Shown piece by piece: positions 1 through 13,417 of a stretch of DNA of 44,076 nt (the stretch's first letter is position 1; each line of letters begins with the position of its first letter). Position numbers and translations under genes: made by a program. The notes below the pieces were generated by a model. It had not been told where the DNA came from. It was given only the letters and a program-made list of their open reading frames with translations, and did not search any database. Origin of the DNA: Catajapyx aquilonaris (lineage: Eukaryota); assembly GCA_000934665.2 (NCBI GenBank), contig KZ538856.1, positions 1 to 44,076 of the forward strand. The letters run 5' to 3'.

Positions 1-1495
1 TGTATGACCCTCTACGACGCACCGTTTAGGCTGTACCCTGGTGAGACTAACGACACTTTTTTGAACTTTGACCCCGGCTAATGACCCCGGTAATGGCCCT
101 AGTTGTTGTTTATCCAGCTAAAGTTTGAAACTGTAGTGAGCGGAGTGTAAATCTTGTTTCCGATTTGAAATCTATTAACCCGATCGCGAGTTATGAAGTC
201 GGGGAAAAAAGCATTGGGAACGACCCGATAACCTACAATTCGTTTTTTGGCGGGCCGGGCGCCGCTTCGCGGCGCAACCGGCAGGGAGGAAGAATAGAAA
301 AATAGCAGGCCTACAAAGGAAAGGGGCAAATCCTTGTGGAAAAGTTGTGCCAGTTGGATTAGGCTGAAACTTCGTCAGTTGATTGACCTTGACCTAAGGG
401 TCAAGTGTTCTGAAGGCCGAAGAACATTGACCGTGCCGTTTGGCCGCTCGAGGCACTGAAAGTCGGATTTTCATGGACTTTCAGGTGGCTCACATCGGCC
501 TCGTTTTCATATATGTTGTAGAGTTTCATGAGCTTAGTCAAATGAGCCATGTGGCGATTTTTTGTAACAAACCATTTGGCTGCTACATGCGTAACCAAGT
601 TCAACAATGGATCTTGTACCCACTGCATCTACTGTGGGGTACTGGGATTTTAAGTACCGGAAAGTCTCTCCCCCCCCCCCCCCCCTCTCNAGAATGCCAT
701 AAGAGACCAGTGTTGACCATGAACTCCCTACTTTGACATGGCAGCTTTCTACTAACCGTTTACAATTTTCACCCAAAAGTTAACTCATCAAAATTATTTT
801 AGTTCCAAAATTTTAAAAGGATATAGGCTTATTTGTAAGTAACTGTACAAGTAGGAGCACTGCCCCTTGAAGGACTGACAGCCTTCCTGCAGAGTGCAGA
901 TTGGTCTCTCAACAGGCCATGTGGTCATCACTTGCAAGAGACTCACAGTAAAGCGTTATTTTATAGCCTGTGAGATTCACAGAGTCTTCCAAGACATGCA
1001 GCATACATGCTGTCAGAGGCAACCACTAGCCTTGCCATTGGCATAAGTTTCGAGGGAGGAAAAGGGGGAGAAAAATTGCCATAAACTGTTATTATTCCAT
1101 TTAACATGTATTTCCCATGAAATACAGTCTCAAGCATAAAGATGAGGACGGGAGACCAGAGCTCTTCCTCAGTTCTACTGTCCACATCTTTATGCTCACA
1201 ACGGTACATAGAATGTTGTGCCCATAGCAAGTGAATCGGTTTTCAAGTACTACCTACACTGTCATAGCCCTGTGGAGCTCTCTGAGGCACAGATTTTGAT
1301 TGCACTTGCACCTTAATAACAACATGCCAGCACACTTTTTTTTTGTCAGACTTCACTCCTGAAAAGCAAAGGGGGGGCCTGTCCTGCAAGGCTTAAGGTT
1401 GATATTTACGTTATAAATAAATTAGGAAATGTCGTCTAAGGATCCTTTTTACCAGTAAACATGTAACGAGTTGGATTGTTCCTAATGATGATATA

Positions 1496-1740
1496 CAGGG
1501 TGTTTATTACTATAGGTCAACCTGAAGTCAGCGTGTTCCTCGGACCAAAAACAAGTTGAAAATGTAGGGAGGAGAAATGTCAAAGGACCAACCGTTAATG
1601 AAGTAGATGGCCAATGTTTCTGGTCAACATTTTTTTGTTAACGGTTGGTCCCTCAACATTTCTCCCCTCTACATTTTCGACTTAATTTGGCCCAAGTAAT
1701 ACATTGCCTTAAGGTTGACTTACTAGTAAGAAACACCCTG
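1496..1740. mobile_element. Tc1/mariner-type MITE, palindromic along almost its whole length
   Basis: TA|CAGGGTGTTT...AAACACCCTG|TA. Internal inverted matches include ggaccaaccgttaa / ttaacggttggtcc and gaaaatgtag / ctacattttc. Confidence 0.85.
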
Positions 1741-1967
1741 TATATTTTGAGAAAAGTAAAACTCATTTTAAAATTATACTTTGAGTTGTGAAAATCTGTG
1801 TTTGAATATTGTGAAAACTGGTAAGCTGCACTGCAATCAATCATAGTTTTATTATAAGCTCCTGTTTCTTCTAGTATGTATGACTAAAATGTTCTTTGCT
1901 TTGTAAAAACCTAATTAACGTGGCATTTGGCAGAGGATGTAGTCTAAACAAGACTGCTTTGTTGCAG

Positions 1968-2074
1968 GTGAGAAGCTGACTGACGAAGAGGTGGAACAGC
2001 TCATGGCTGGTCATGAGGACTCGCAGGGCAATGTAAACTACGAGGACTTTGTCCATGCAGTCATGACTGGCTAA
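1968..2074 (+). CDS. Mlc-c: Terminal coding exon of non-muscle essential myosin light chain (EF-hand; Mlc-c/MYL6-like); upstream exons lie outside the window
   Basis: Acceptor gttgcag at 1961-1967, then (G)GT GAG AAG... reading [35 protein letters not shown]. This is the characteristic C-terminus of essential light chains. Stop TAA at 2072-2074; AATAAA at 3092-3097. Confidence 0.9.
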
Positions 2075-5000
2075 GGTGTTGTGCAGCAATCAAGAGAGCC
2101 GCTATACTGTTTTTTTTTTTTAATGTTCTAAGGAATTGTTGAAGATGACAAGTTTGCAAATGGTTTGTTCATTGCAATAATAATTTCATTCATCAATGCT
2201 TAGAGAAGAATGTGTCTTATGAATTCTGCCATGGTTAGGGAAAAACTGGATCTATCTGCAAGGTGCAGGAAGGTGGAGTGATGCTCATCCAGCTCCATTA
2301 GATTACTGAAGCTGGAGTGCAGTAAAGCTGCAGTGGTCTACTGAAGCTGGATGAACAAAACTCAAACCTTACTGCAGATTGCAGATATGCCTTTTTTTCT
2401 AGTCAAGGCAGAATTGTGGATAGGTGATAGAGCCTTTGATTGAACAAATAGCTTGCAAACTTAGACTTACTAAAATTAGTGATCTGAACATGACTTTTTT
2501 CCATGGCAAGCTGTGAAATGATTTTAAGACCTGATTCTCAGACAACATTTCTAATAAGTTCTTGGTAATGAATTTACATAATTGGTAAACATGTCTTTTC
2601 CTTTGGCATAATTAGTACCACATGAAAAACTGTTTGTGAACTAATAATGAGTAGCCAATTTGGTTGCTTTCCCATCATATAATTTCACATTGATATGCAT
2701 TTATGTGTATGTTTAAATAATTGAGAAGCATACCATTGCCTTTGACATAATTAGTACTGCACTAACATCTCTGTGAGCTAATAATAATAATCAGCCAGTC
2801 TGGTCCCACATCCATCATCACGTGTATAATCATAAATGTCGGTGGGTATGTACTGATCACTTTTTAATTGCCATTGTGCATGGTGTGTAGGATTATCGGG
2901 CAATTTTTTATTATGTGATCCACACAATTGAAGAGCTGATAGCAAAAAAAAAAAAAAGAAAGAAAAAAAAAAAGACTCCACTTTTGACACTTCAGATAAT
3001 CGTAAAAAAATGTGCTACTCTGGAATGGTACGACTTTTTTGTTTAATTTTTAAAAAATGACTTGCAGACTTCAGTTGCCTTGCCTCATTGCAATAAACAC
3101 TGGAAAAACCAGATCAAATACGTATATTAAAAATATCATGTGCAGAAAAAAATTATCTCCATCATTACATTCATTTTAAGTCTATTTCCCATAAAAGCAT
3201 TATTGAACACTGAGCATTACATTCCCAACGGCATGTTCTATGCCAAATGAATCTATGCCCAAATAATGACCCTCTACATACAAGTACTTGAACTTGGCAC
3301 ATGTGAAAGTGGATGAAGTGGGAGGTACCTTATCCTGTTGCAAGAGGCAGCTCTGTGCCACTTGGTGTGTAGGTGGCGGGTACTCGTACAGAATGGAGGT
3401 AATGCTTTTCGACCAAAAACAATTGATTTGACCAAAAACCTTCAACCTAAATTTTAAACTACTTTAAGCTTTTTTTTTTTGAGAAAATTGTCTGCACCAT
3501 TCAATGAAGCACAATTTCTTTATGCAGAATGTGGCAAAAATCAAAAAACCAATTTTTGTGGAGGCATATTTTGCCATTAACCCCTTCAATTCTGTCGTCC
3601 TATCGAAAATAGGCAGCTCGGCACATGGCAATAAGACCAGGCAACTGAAAGGAAAACATGAGATTATCACAATGTGCAATGGTTAAAAGGAATGTAGGGA
3701 ATGCCTGGGGGACAATTCTGCCATGGTGTCAAGTACTGCATTATGTATATGGACCGGAGACCTTTCACAACTGTGGCCGGGATTTCCTTACTCCAGATGT
3801 GTTTCTTAAGTTTTCCAAAATTATGATGAAAATTGTTTAACATATAAACATTTTGCCATCACCTACCCATTGCCACATATTAACTGCCACGCTTGATGAA
3901 AATGCATTAACAGAGGGGCTTGGGTCATGTGCTCTTCATATTACATTCCTGGAGGTTGTATGTAACCAAGGGTAAGTGATTCTTTCTGGATTATTTTCAA
4001 TTGAAAGTGTAAATGCACTTTGTTTGGAATAAACTTCAATTCAACAAGATGATTCTTTCATTGACCTGGTAGACGATTGTTATACCTTCCCTCATAGGAA
4101 GTCAATAATTCTGATCTCTTGTTAGCAGATGAACTTGGAAAAGATGCTGCTGCAGTGGCACAGATCATTAACAAAAATGTCATTACGTTAGCTCGAATTT
4201 ATAGCACTTTATTATTGGTTCATAACAGGCACGACTCCATAATCGCTTCCCATTGTTTCCATATTGAAAGCAATTCAGGCGTAATTGTCATTTGCCACTT
4301 CTGGTATCGGTGGCCTGGTCGCCTGGATTCTATTTCATTGCAGTAGTATGGGCATTTGTAGATTGTAGATCTATGCAATATGTAGCTCCCTTGTAAGCTG
4401 ACTGACCTGGGAGCCTCCAAAATATATAAATGAATTGGACCAATATGGTGGGAAACACTTCCAAACCATTAGTAGCTACAATGAGCAAAGTAGCCGTTAC
4501 GTGAAATTGAGTCGAAGCAATTTTACTCGGTGCAGTAATATGCGCGCGCATTTCACTCATACTGGAACGTGAGCCATGATTGGTCCGAAATACCCATGTA
4601 AGAAATGATATCCTACCGCGATCATTTTGTGTGTGACCGAACTACCCCGTGTAATATCGGAGTGGCAGCCATTGCTCTTTCTTGTAAGTGGGCCAGCAGT
4701 CTGTCCTCCTTCCTCGCAGAAGGAAGATGTGATTGTCGCCTCTCCTTGCGGCCGACCTCCATCCGTGCCCAGGCAACGTTGAGAACCACACACCACTCGA
4801 TCAGCAGCAGACAACAGAAGAACACGGCTCTGTACACCCAAAGTAAGGACTGTCATCACGTTGTCGAGAATGGAACAGCATCCTATTAGTGAACGAGTTC
4901 TATTATTTTATAAAATGTTAATGGATTTTTCTGACGGTGCGTTGCTCAAATGAGTCATTCGAATGTTGTTAGTTTAGGGGTAGACTGATATACAAATTAC

Positions 5001-5167
5001 TATAGATGTTCTCGGCATGTTTGTGTTGAAGCAACTGGGTGTATCAACAAATAATGGTGCTACAAATACATAGATGCAATGTGCTTGAGTTCGTGTTCGG
5101 TTATTTCTTCGAGTTTTTGAAAAGCTGTTAAATTTACACTGGTTTTTATTCTAGAGACGTGTGAGGT

Positions 5168-5312
5168 TGGGTTTCACCAACCTGGTTATGATTTATTTAG
5201 AACCTTGGTTATAACAAGAATTGCCATAGCAACCATTGTTGACAACAATCAAAAGTAAGGATTTTCAGAAAAGAAACCCGGATTTATAATATAACCTGCT
5301 TGGTGAAACCCA
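5168..5312. mobile_element. Small MITE (possibly PIF/Harbinger-like)
   Basis: Terminal inverted repeat TGGGTTTCACCAA / TTGGTGAAACCCA with internal ggttat / ataacc repeats; TSD not clear. Confidence 0.55.
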
Positions 5313-7192
5313 CCATAATTGTACATGGTTAATACCGAGTGTTCCATTGCTTACGACCCTATTCAGTAAAAATCTCCTATAAATACTGATACAGATGTGA
5401 GCTAACTTGTGGAACACTGAAGAAGACATTTTGATATTTTTAAGAGTTTCACTTTGAATTTGATTAACATTTGGTTCATTCAGTTATTCTGTAGGAATGG
5501 CTAACTTTTGAATCAATATATGATTTACCTATTGATAGACTGACTCATTTAGAACACGTGCACGATTAAGCTTTAATGTGCAATTTTACAGCTGTTATGG
5601 AAGAACTACACCATGGGCATTCAACCGTTTATTACATACCTCCTAATGCCATTCATGATCATCGATTACAGATTTGCTGTCTCATGTATCCTCACACACA
5701 CAGTAATTAGGCATACTAGAACCTACAGTCAGATGTTTAAAAGATTATCGCTTAAGTGTCTCACAGGCTTATCACATGGTATCTGATCATTAATTACACT
5801 ATAATTCATTTTTAACTAATCACTGACCTTATAGCTCCTCCAGTGATTATCAAATATTATTGCTGTGTACTCTCTTCATCACTGGTGTATGACGTAATGT
5901 AGCCCTGTTGCAATTTTATTGTCCACATAATATGCAGAGTGCTGTTTCTAGATTGAGAAACTAGGCATTGCTATTCAGGAAATTTACATTTCTCTCACGA
6001 TTTCCATTTTTATATCGATTTTGAAGTTAATCACACCGCTAGGTTTTATTTTGAACATTTAAAAAAAATGCACCTGAACCAGTCACATACCAGGCAAATG
6101 ACACTCCTTGCTGGAGTACCTCCTGGGTAGTGTCCTGGGGTCTCCGGCCCTCCAAATCTGTACCCTCTCAAGCGTTTCCTAATATAAAAATGAGCATGGC
6201 AAGGGAGGTCGACATGGAATTTGCCTAGTGTGTGACAGTGACTCATGTGGTGTCATGCAAACATAAGGTGGCGCAAAGGAGAGATTAGAGTGAATGGGGA
6301 GGTAGCAGGAAACGCCTCCCAGAGCGTTCCCTCCTCATGGTCTGTTGGCCACCCAGTATAATATTGCTAGAGTGATGTCAGCTAAGGATTAGGGTCAGCA
6401 GTATTGCCGCGCGAGGTCCATAATGAAATTGCATTTTGTAGATTATAAACACCTGTCAAACTCGATGTTGCTGCAGTGCAGTTGGGTCAGGTTTACAAGC
6501 TAGTGTGAGGTCGAGGCTGGGTGGGGCCATGATAACCGGTACTAGACAAGAATCGGTGATGTATATAGTATCTGTTACTATTCAGTTATCGTTGTCAAGG
6601 CCTTGGACTGCGACATACTGTGCAGGGGAAAGGCAATCGCACAATAATAGGGTCTTTCATAAGCGAGAGTCAATACCTAACTGTCATGTCTAATTGTGTA
6701 ACTACTAATTGGTGCACTCAGGGCTAACAAGTAAAGTGCACGAGGCTGCCCCTCCCTATAGAGAAGTAGCCTGAATTTTAAAAAAAGGAGGCACGTATAC
6801 ATTTGTGTTCGCAACGTGGTGCTTTTGGCGGAAGTTCTCCCACCGGTAATTCCATTGTCATTCCCTGGTTTTTGGCGTGTAATGGCTAACGGTTATGCAC
6901 CGCCAATATTTCCAGCCCCGACTCTAAAACAGGCCCCGGTGTAATACGAAGTAACGGGTGATAATGATCGGCCAGATAAAAATGTATTACCCTCTTGAAC
7001 ACATACTCCGGTGCCCTACTCTGATTATGTTGTGTATATTCTGCTGCTCTTGGCCACTGCCCTCTTTACAGTGAGGCTTATCAGGCAGCTAAATCGGGAG
7101 TTAACGTGCCATTCTGAACACGTGCTGTAAAATTAGCGGCGATATGACGTGGGATCGTTTTCACGATCTCTACAGTGTCAAGGTGTGAGGTA

Positions 7193-7303
7193 CAGTCACT
7201 TCCAGGAGTAAGGTAGCAGACCTGAACCAGACTATTCCAGTAGCGCCTCTCTTGGAGGCTACTTTGAGCTTCAAGTCTGCTACCTTACTCCTGGAAATGA
7301 CTG
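7193..7303. mobile_element. 111-bp hairpin MITE, Tc1/mariner-type
   Basis: TA|CAGTCACTTCCAGGAGTAAGGTAGCAGAC...GTCTGCTACCTTACTCCTGGAAATGACTG|TA. Confidence 0.85.
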
Positions 7304-10300
7304 TACCGTCCTATATGTAGGACACGATACAGTTGTTACCGCAGCTTAGCACAACTTTTGCTGGAGCTGGAACGTTAGTAGCGGGATTTATTAGACCTAT
7401 GGTGCACCTGGATAGAACTATTCCTCTGTGTGGGAGCCAGTATATAGGGACAGAGCGAATTTCCCAGAGTGATGTGAGGCCAACCTGTCCCTTGGCTTCC
7501 TGCTCATCCTGGCTGGCTCCCGTCGGGAAAGTCCCCGAGGCTTGCAGGTTGGCCGGCTGGGGATGTTGCTGGATGCGAGGGTAGTGGACTCGGTGGCTAG
7601 GCACAGGTAGGCAGGGGGTGGATGTAGGCCATCCAGCCAGCCAGTCTTTGAGATTTTTCCGAAGATAACGGGGCGAGGACGGGTGGGCTAGCTGACGGGA
7701 CTTGGAGCCCGGGGCGATGGAAGGTCGGCCCCCACTGGAGTCAGCAACCGCATATTCCAAAGAGTCCGGGGGTGGCCTGGGGAAAATGACTTGTATTGTG
7801 CACTGCACTTTGCCCACTTGATCACTGGGGTATTCAATGCACAAGATTCTTCAATGGCGTCATTCAGGCCTGTTTGACTATGGTTACTGGAGGGTTTCGT
7901 ATAGAGGTGCCGCTAGACCACTATACCCTGAAGAGGTTGCTTGATCATTTTGTCTTCTTGGGCTAGGTTGAGATTTGCTGGGTACAGTTGACCCGATGGT
8001 ACGTTTGTATCGTGTAGGGTAGGGTGCAGTACATCCGGTGGAAAATGAAGATGTTTGGGGAGAGTAGGGATGGGGGGCATGTCCTGTTGCGTAACTGGCG
8101 TTTAGACGGTGGAACTAGGTTTATGAAACGAGAAGATATTGAGGAAGATGTTCTTACCATTCCTGTCATGGCATTTGGTGTCATGAGACTCGTTGCCTGA
8201 ACGCCATATGAATTATGCAAAGTTCGGTTTAATAGTTTTGGAATATGTCCTGTATTCTCTGTGTATGCACTAATATCGGATTATTTCATCGTAAAATTTA
8301 CAGTCTAATTTTTCTGTCACTACCGGAATGACCGATTAAAGAGTTGCGTCTGCCCTGCGAAATATTTCGTAAATCTAAAATTCACGAGCACGCCTCGTGA
8401 TGATTTGGCATAGAATGACCCAAGACATCATATTCTCGTAGAAGAATGGAAATTCCCGCAATCTTGGACGATAACTGACAGACAAGTGGTAGAGACAGGA
8501 CATTGGCTGATGTGTGCATATAATTGGCCACGTGCCCGTTTCCCCCTTCAAATGGCACGGGAATGACCATGTACCTCGGGAATGCCCATTGTCTCTCTCT
8601 GCTGGACTGACGGAAGAATTCCTGTTAACGGCTATATCACTTCCAATCCGCATAAACATTCTACATTTGCGGATTCTCTTGGAGATCTGGCATTTACAGT
8701 TGATCCTAATCGACCAGGAAAAATCGCACGCACTTTAGCAGAAAACGCTGCATATCCCACCGGCAGCGTAGTGATTAGAACGAGGGGAAAATACCGTCAC
8801 TTCAAGGAACTGTTTGGGTGGAATCCACGCCTGAATGGTACCCGGAGGGGGCCCAAATTACTTGCAAAACTTTTTGATTGCACGCTGCCGAGTTCCATTA
8901 CTGCAGGCTAGGTGATGAGCAAGTTGTGGCTATGCATTAGCCACACTCTCCTTTCCGTTATTATCAGGCAAGTGAGACTAGCCCTGGGGCTACCCATCCG
9001 CCATTCATCACACATTTGCTAGTCATATGCAACAGCTTATAGCCTCCCAAGTTTTTCGCGAATTTTGCCAATTTTAAGAATGCGTTTTTTTGAGGAACTG
9101 TTATTAGAAAGAAAGAAAAAAAAGAATGAGGGTGCATTTTGACCATCGGGCAGTGCGTAACGAGGCGAGACGATGGCAATGAACTGCAAGTTGTGAGTCA
9201 GGCACGTGTACTAATGGATGCGTATTGGCCTTGCGGTAGGCGTATTGGCCAGCAGTCAGTGATTGTGGTTGCAGCGGGAACTCCTCGTATTGAATCCTTC
9301 CCCAGCAGCACCGTTACTTGATTCACGATGGTTGCTTTTCACACAAACCGAAAACGCTGAATGCACCTAGCGTGCCAGGTTAGTGTTGTACGGGAGTGGT
9401 CAGTTGGTCACGCCTGCGAGGAAGTGTTTTCACGTCACACGGTCCCGGTCTATACCACCAGGCTGAAGACATTGCTGGCAGGTAGCTATTTTTTTCTTGC
9501 CAACTGACTTCATGTTACAAAGTAATTGCGATTGAATAATTAGGCGTTTGGTAACGGAGACTAGCGACTCTTATTAACTGGGAGGACTTGGTCCCAGTTT
9601 AGTTGTAATATTTAAGCCGATTTTATTCACGTGGAAGAAAATTGAAGGGGAAAAGTCACGTAAGTTACTCGTGCCTGTGTAGAATCGTCGCACGTAAGCT
9701 TTTTTGTGTGTGTGGCAGAGGGTTTTAAAATTTAAAATTAACTGGAAAGAATGGCGTGTTCAGACTATTGTTGTGTTTTCTTCCGAAGGACAAACAAGGT
9801 ACACGTACAAAATGTGTATAAAAATATCGTTAAGGCCGCTTCACAAACTCGGCGTTGCGAAAGCGTGGCGTGTGGGTCTTACGCTCATCGCACGCAGAAA
9901 GTCCACCCGATTGGACGCCAGCGCAACGCCCGCGCTCGGTCATCGCACGCAGCATTTGTGAATAGCCCTTCGCAAATTTTCCGCTCTCCGTACGCCCCGC
10001 TCGCGCAAATCCGGGTTTGTAAAACGGGCATTTCGCCCCGCTTTCGCAACGCCGAGTTTGTGAAGCGGCCTTTAGGCTATATACGCGTAAGGCAGGATTG
10101 TGTTCCGAAGGAGTTAGTTATTCGGTAATATATTTTCAAATTTGCATTTCATTTATTCAGTGTCGTTAGAACATACCGGAGTCATATGAGCACTGCAGGA
10201 GAAAATTACTAAATTTAATTTTTATGCAAATATACATTCAAGTAGCAGGTGAATGAACTTACAAAGCCACCCAAAGTGGAAAAAAAAATCGCAACAAAAT

Positions 10301-13265
10301 GTCGACATTGTTTTAGTGGCAGTGATAAGTTTCCGAGCACCCTCTCAAGTACGGCACCGTTATTTTGGTCCAGCATATTCACAAATACAGCGTAACTATG
10401 GTCTGGCGTCCCTTAAAAATAACACCAGGAAATGATCTACGGAACCAAATGAACTTGAGTGGAGCTTCCTTGCTTTCATCCATTTATAGACAACCCTCCT
10501 AGTCAATTCGATCCACCCTGTAGGCGTAACCCGGACCGAGGAAGCATTGTGACGCAATTATGATGCCGAAGAGCGTGGACGTGTACCGTCCATTTATACA
10601 CTTGTAAATCTTTTCCTGATGGGTGTGTCGCAAAACCCGCTTTGTATATATTCCACACACATGAGGAAGCAGGTGGGGGGGGGGACTTAAAGTCTAGAGT
10701 AGCACGGGGCTGTTGAGAAGGTCCTGTAGCTGAGGCTGTGATGGGGGAACCAATGAGGCTGCCCAGACTGGCTGCCCCCGGGCCAAGTGTTGCCCTGCCC
10801 TGCCCTTCTCCGCCAGCCTACTCTAGGAGAGCCGACTGACTCCCAAGGCCAGTTGGACACCCTCCAACAAAGTGTGTTAGTAAAGTATGGCGGCTGTTAG
10901 TGGCCTCTTTCGGGGCTTCTTCTTCTCCCCTATACTGTCACAGGGCTCAGCATGACAGGTTAGAAGGGAAGGAGCTTTGGTGGTGGATGGCTGCAGGTAG
11001 GATGGGCACTGCTTTCTTGGGAGATTGTGAATGTCCAGCAGGGTGTTTTCTTTTGTTCATAGGCCGCTGTGGGGGTTCCGGATGGGGGAAAAGGAAGGCT
11101 ATTTTTAGGAACTATTGATTCGGCTAGCTGCTGATGTCACAAGCCATTGTTTTATTATTGACGTTATGCCATATTCTGTTTGTCGATAATTAACAGGGGT
11201 TGTCAGGGAAAATAAGTCAGGTCCGGGGATCTAACCAGGTGCCTCTTGAGAGGAGTGTATATTTCGGGGGTTACTAAGCGATTCGAGTTCACTAGCGATG
11301 CGTCATGGCCTGTACTCACTGATACCACACTCGATCTCTGATGTCACCAAGTGAGCATGAACCTGTTTCGGAGCGGGATTCGTACTTGGTTACCCCTGAC
11401 CCCAACTCTCCAATTCGTCCCTCACCCCTGCCCATATTTACAAACAAGACTTGATAGCAATGCAGGTGCCAAGTTTTGCTCATTAGTATAGTTTTCCTGA
11501 GCCAGCTGAAGGAAAATATCCAGGTCACTAATAACGAGGTTTTGAAAGTACTAGACGTGTAATATTTTAAAATAATAAAAAAGCGTAATGATTTCCTTAT
11601 ATTTCGGGTGAGTCATCTAGTAATTGGACATGAATTGCAATAGACGCCTCATTGTCACTCCCAATCAGATGAAGCTCGATTCAGATGGGTAATCTAGATC
11701 GACGGCGTAGTAGACGTGCCTTGTAATGAATAGTCGAACTTTATTTTGAAAGACGCTCATAATTTTTGTTCACATTTGTTGATCTGTGATAACCACGTGG
11801 CTCGATGTGACCCAAGGTAAACTACTCGCTTGGTATCACGAAGGATATTTTAATAGGTAGTTTCCTTCCCCCTAACGAAAAGGGTAACGAAGGCGATAAT
11901 CATGGCTCCATCCCCTAAATCTTGCGAATGCATGCCCGTTGCTACCGTTCGCAGAAGTGATTACGAAAGTACGGTATGCTCGCAAGGACAGAAGCATTTC
12001 GTTGTCTTGGGAGCAAAAACCATTTACGATGACGGATTCAATCCTTGAAGGAGCCGCATTTGGTTGGTAAAAAATCTACAATGTGCCGTAGGGAGATTTG
12101 TGACCTCATACGTTACATAATGTACAAAGAGTGATAAGTGATATGACATCACCCTGCCTTTTTTTTTAGTGTGTCACAACGTGTTTCGCGCATTATATCA
12201 TGTTATTCCGCGAAATTCGACACTATGATAAATTTTCATCGCACTTGGCTATCGATAGCGATTGATACCGGTAGTGTGATTGCTATAAAGTTCTAGGAGT
12301 GCACCAGTAAGGGACGAACTGTGTCAGATAGTTTATCTAGTTTCATTTCCGTAGTACGGCTTATTAGAATATCTGCAGTTACAATTCCAAGTACATATAA
12401 GTAGTCTCGGATGCGGACCCTGGACCGAGAGCGATTACAAGTCTTGCTTGCCGGGCTTGGTGACCCCACCGATAAGAGAAAGGTACTACCTTTTTTTTCC
12501 ATTGCGACTTGCAGTCTCGTCACCCTGTAGTTAACCTGCGATACTAAAAAAAAATAAAAAAACCTAAAAAATAAAAAAAACGTGGAAATGGAAGAGTTTT
12601 GTTCCAGCAGTGCAGTCTGGAGAAGAGAGGCGTAACATGGTGCCATGTCATATTAGCTTTTGTCCAGAGGAAGCTGCCCACCGTGTGTGTCGTGATCAAC
12701 ATTCAGATGAATGAGTCAGTTCCGGGGAGGTATTATTTTTTTATATAAACTATGCGGTTTTTTTTGGAGGGTACCTTTTCGGTCATCCATGGTATTGTTG
12801 GGAGATAACGTTGGGGGCGTAAGCTCAGCTCTTTTCCTCTCATGGGCGCGTTTTTTGTTGTGAAGGCACATGTGGGTCTGGAGATTTTGAGCAGTGAAGC
12901 GATGCAAGATTTTTTTTTTGTTTTCTTTCGAAGAGAGTTCATTAAATTTGCAGGACTTTTAGAGGGAAAGGCTTCCGGAGACTTTCCCACACAGCGAGAC
13001 CTCTCAGCCACTCCTTGTTTTGTAGTGTGCCTCTGCCAGGTGCCGACCCCAAAAAAGTGGTCTAACCTGGGGGGGCCATTGACGGGGGTTTAGACCAGTT
13101 GGTACTCCTGAGTGAATTGGGAGAAGAAAGTTATGCTACGGCTATATGTTTTGAGTGTCAGCTGACCCGATCCTTTTGTCTGCAGGTAGACTATACGCTC
13201 TGCTGATGCCTGTACAGCGTGACCTGCCGTGACCCTGCGTAGTCTCGGAGACAACACAAGCAGTA

Positions 13266-13417
13266 ATGGGGGAGAAGAAGGGTACCCAGGCTTTGGAGGC
13301 CTGGTGCCGCCGGGTCACCACCGGCTACAAGGGGGTCAAAATCAGCAATATGACCACCTCTTGGCGCGATGGACTGGCCTTTTGCGCCATCATCCATCAT
13401 TTTCGGCCGGATCTGAT
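13266..13417 (+). CDS. MICAL-like: MICAL-like coding exon 1 (CH domain, N-half)
   Basis: [51 protein letters not shown]; donor gtaagt at 13418. An acceptor tgcag at about 13185 implies an upstream non-coding exon. Confidence 0.93.

Noticed and set aside
1..650. Transposon-like interior with TTGACC repeats and short ORFs
   Set aside because: Probably a non-autonomous DNA element, but it is cut by the window edge and no termini are visible.
7311..7965. 177-aa minus-strand ORF and GC-rich stretch as a gene or R1-like LINE 3' end
   Set aside because: No recognisable domain or splice structure. Only a faint resemblance (EIFPKITGR, HLITG) to LINE ORF2 tails.
9240..9486. MICAL-like promoter and first non-coding exon (ATTGG boxes, TCAGTT, CAG|gtag donor)
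   Set aside because: Plausible, but the motifs are too short to assign without transcript data.
12250..12257. DRE motif TATCGATA
   Set aside because: A single 8-mer not tied to a defined TSS; expected by chance in 44 kb.
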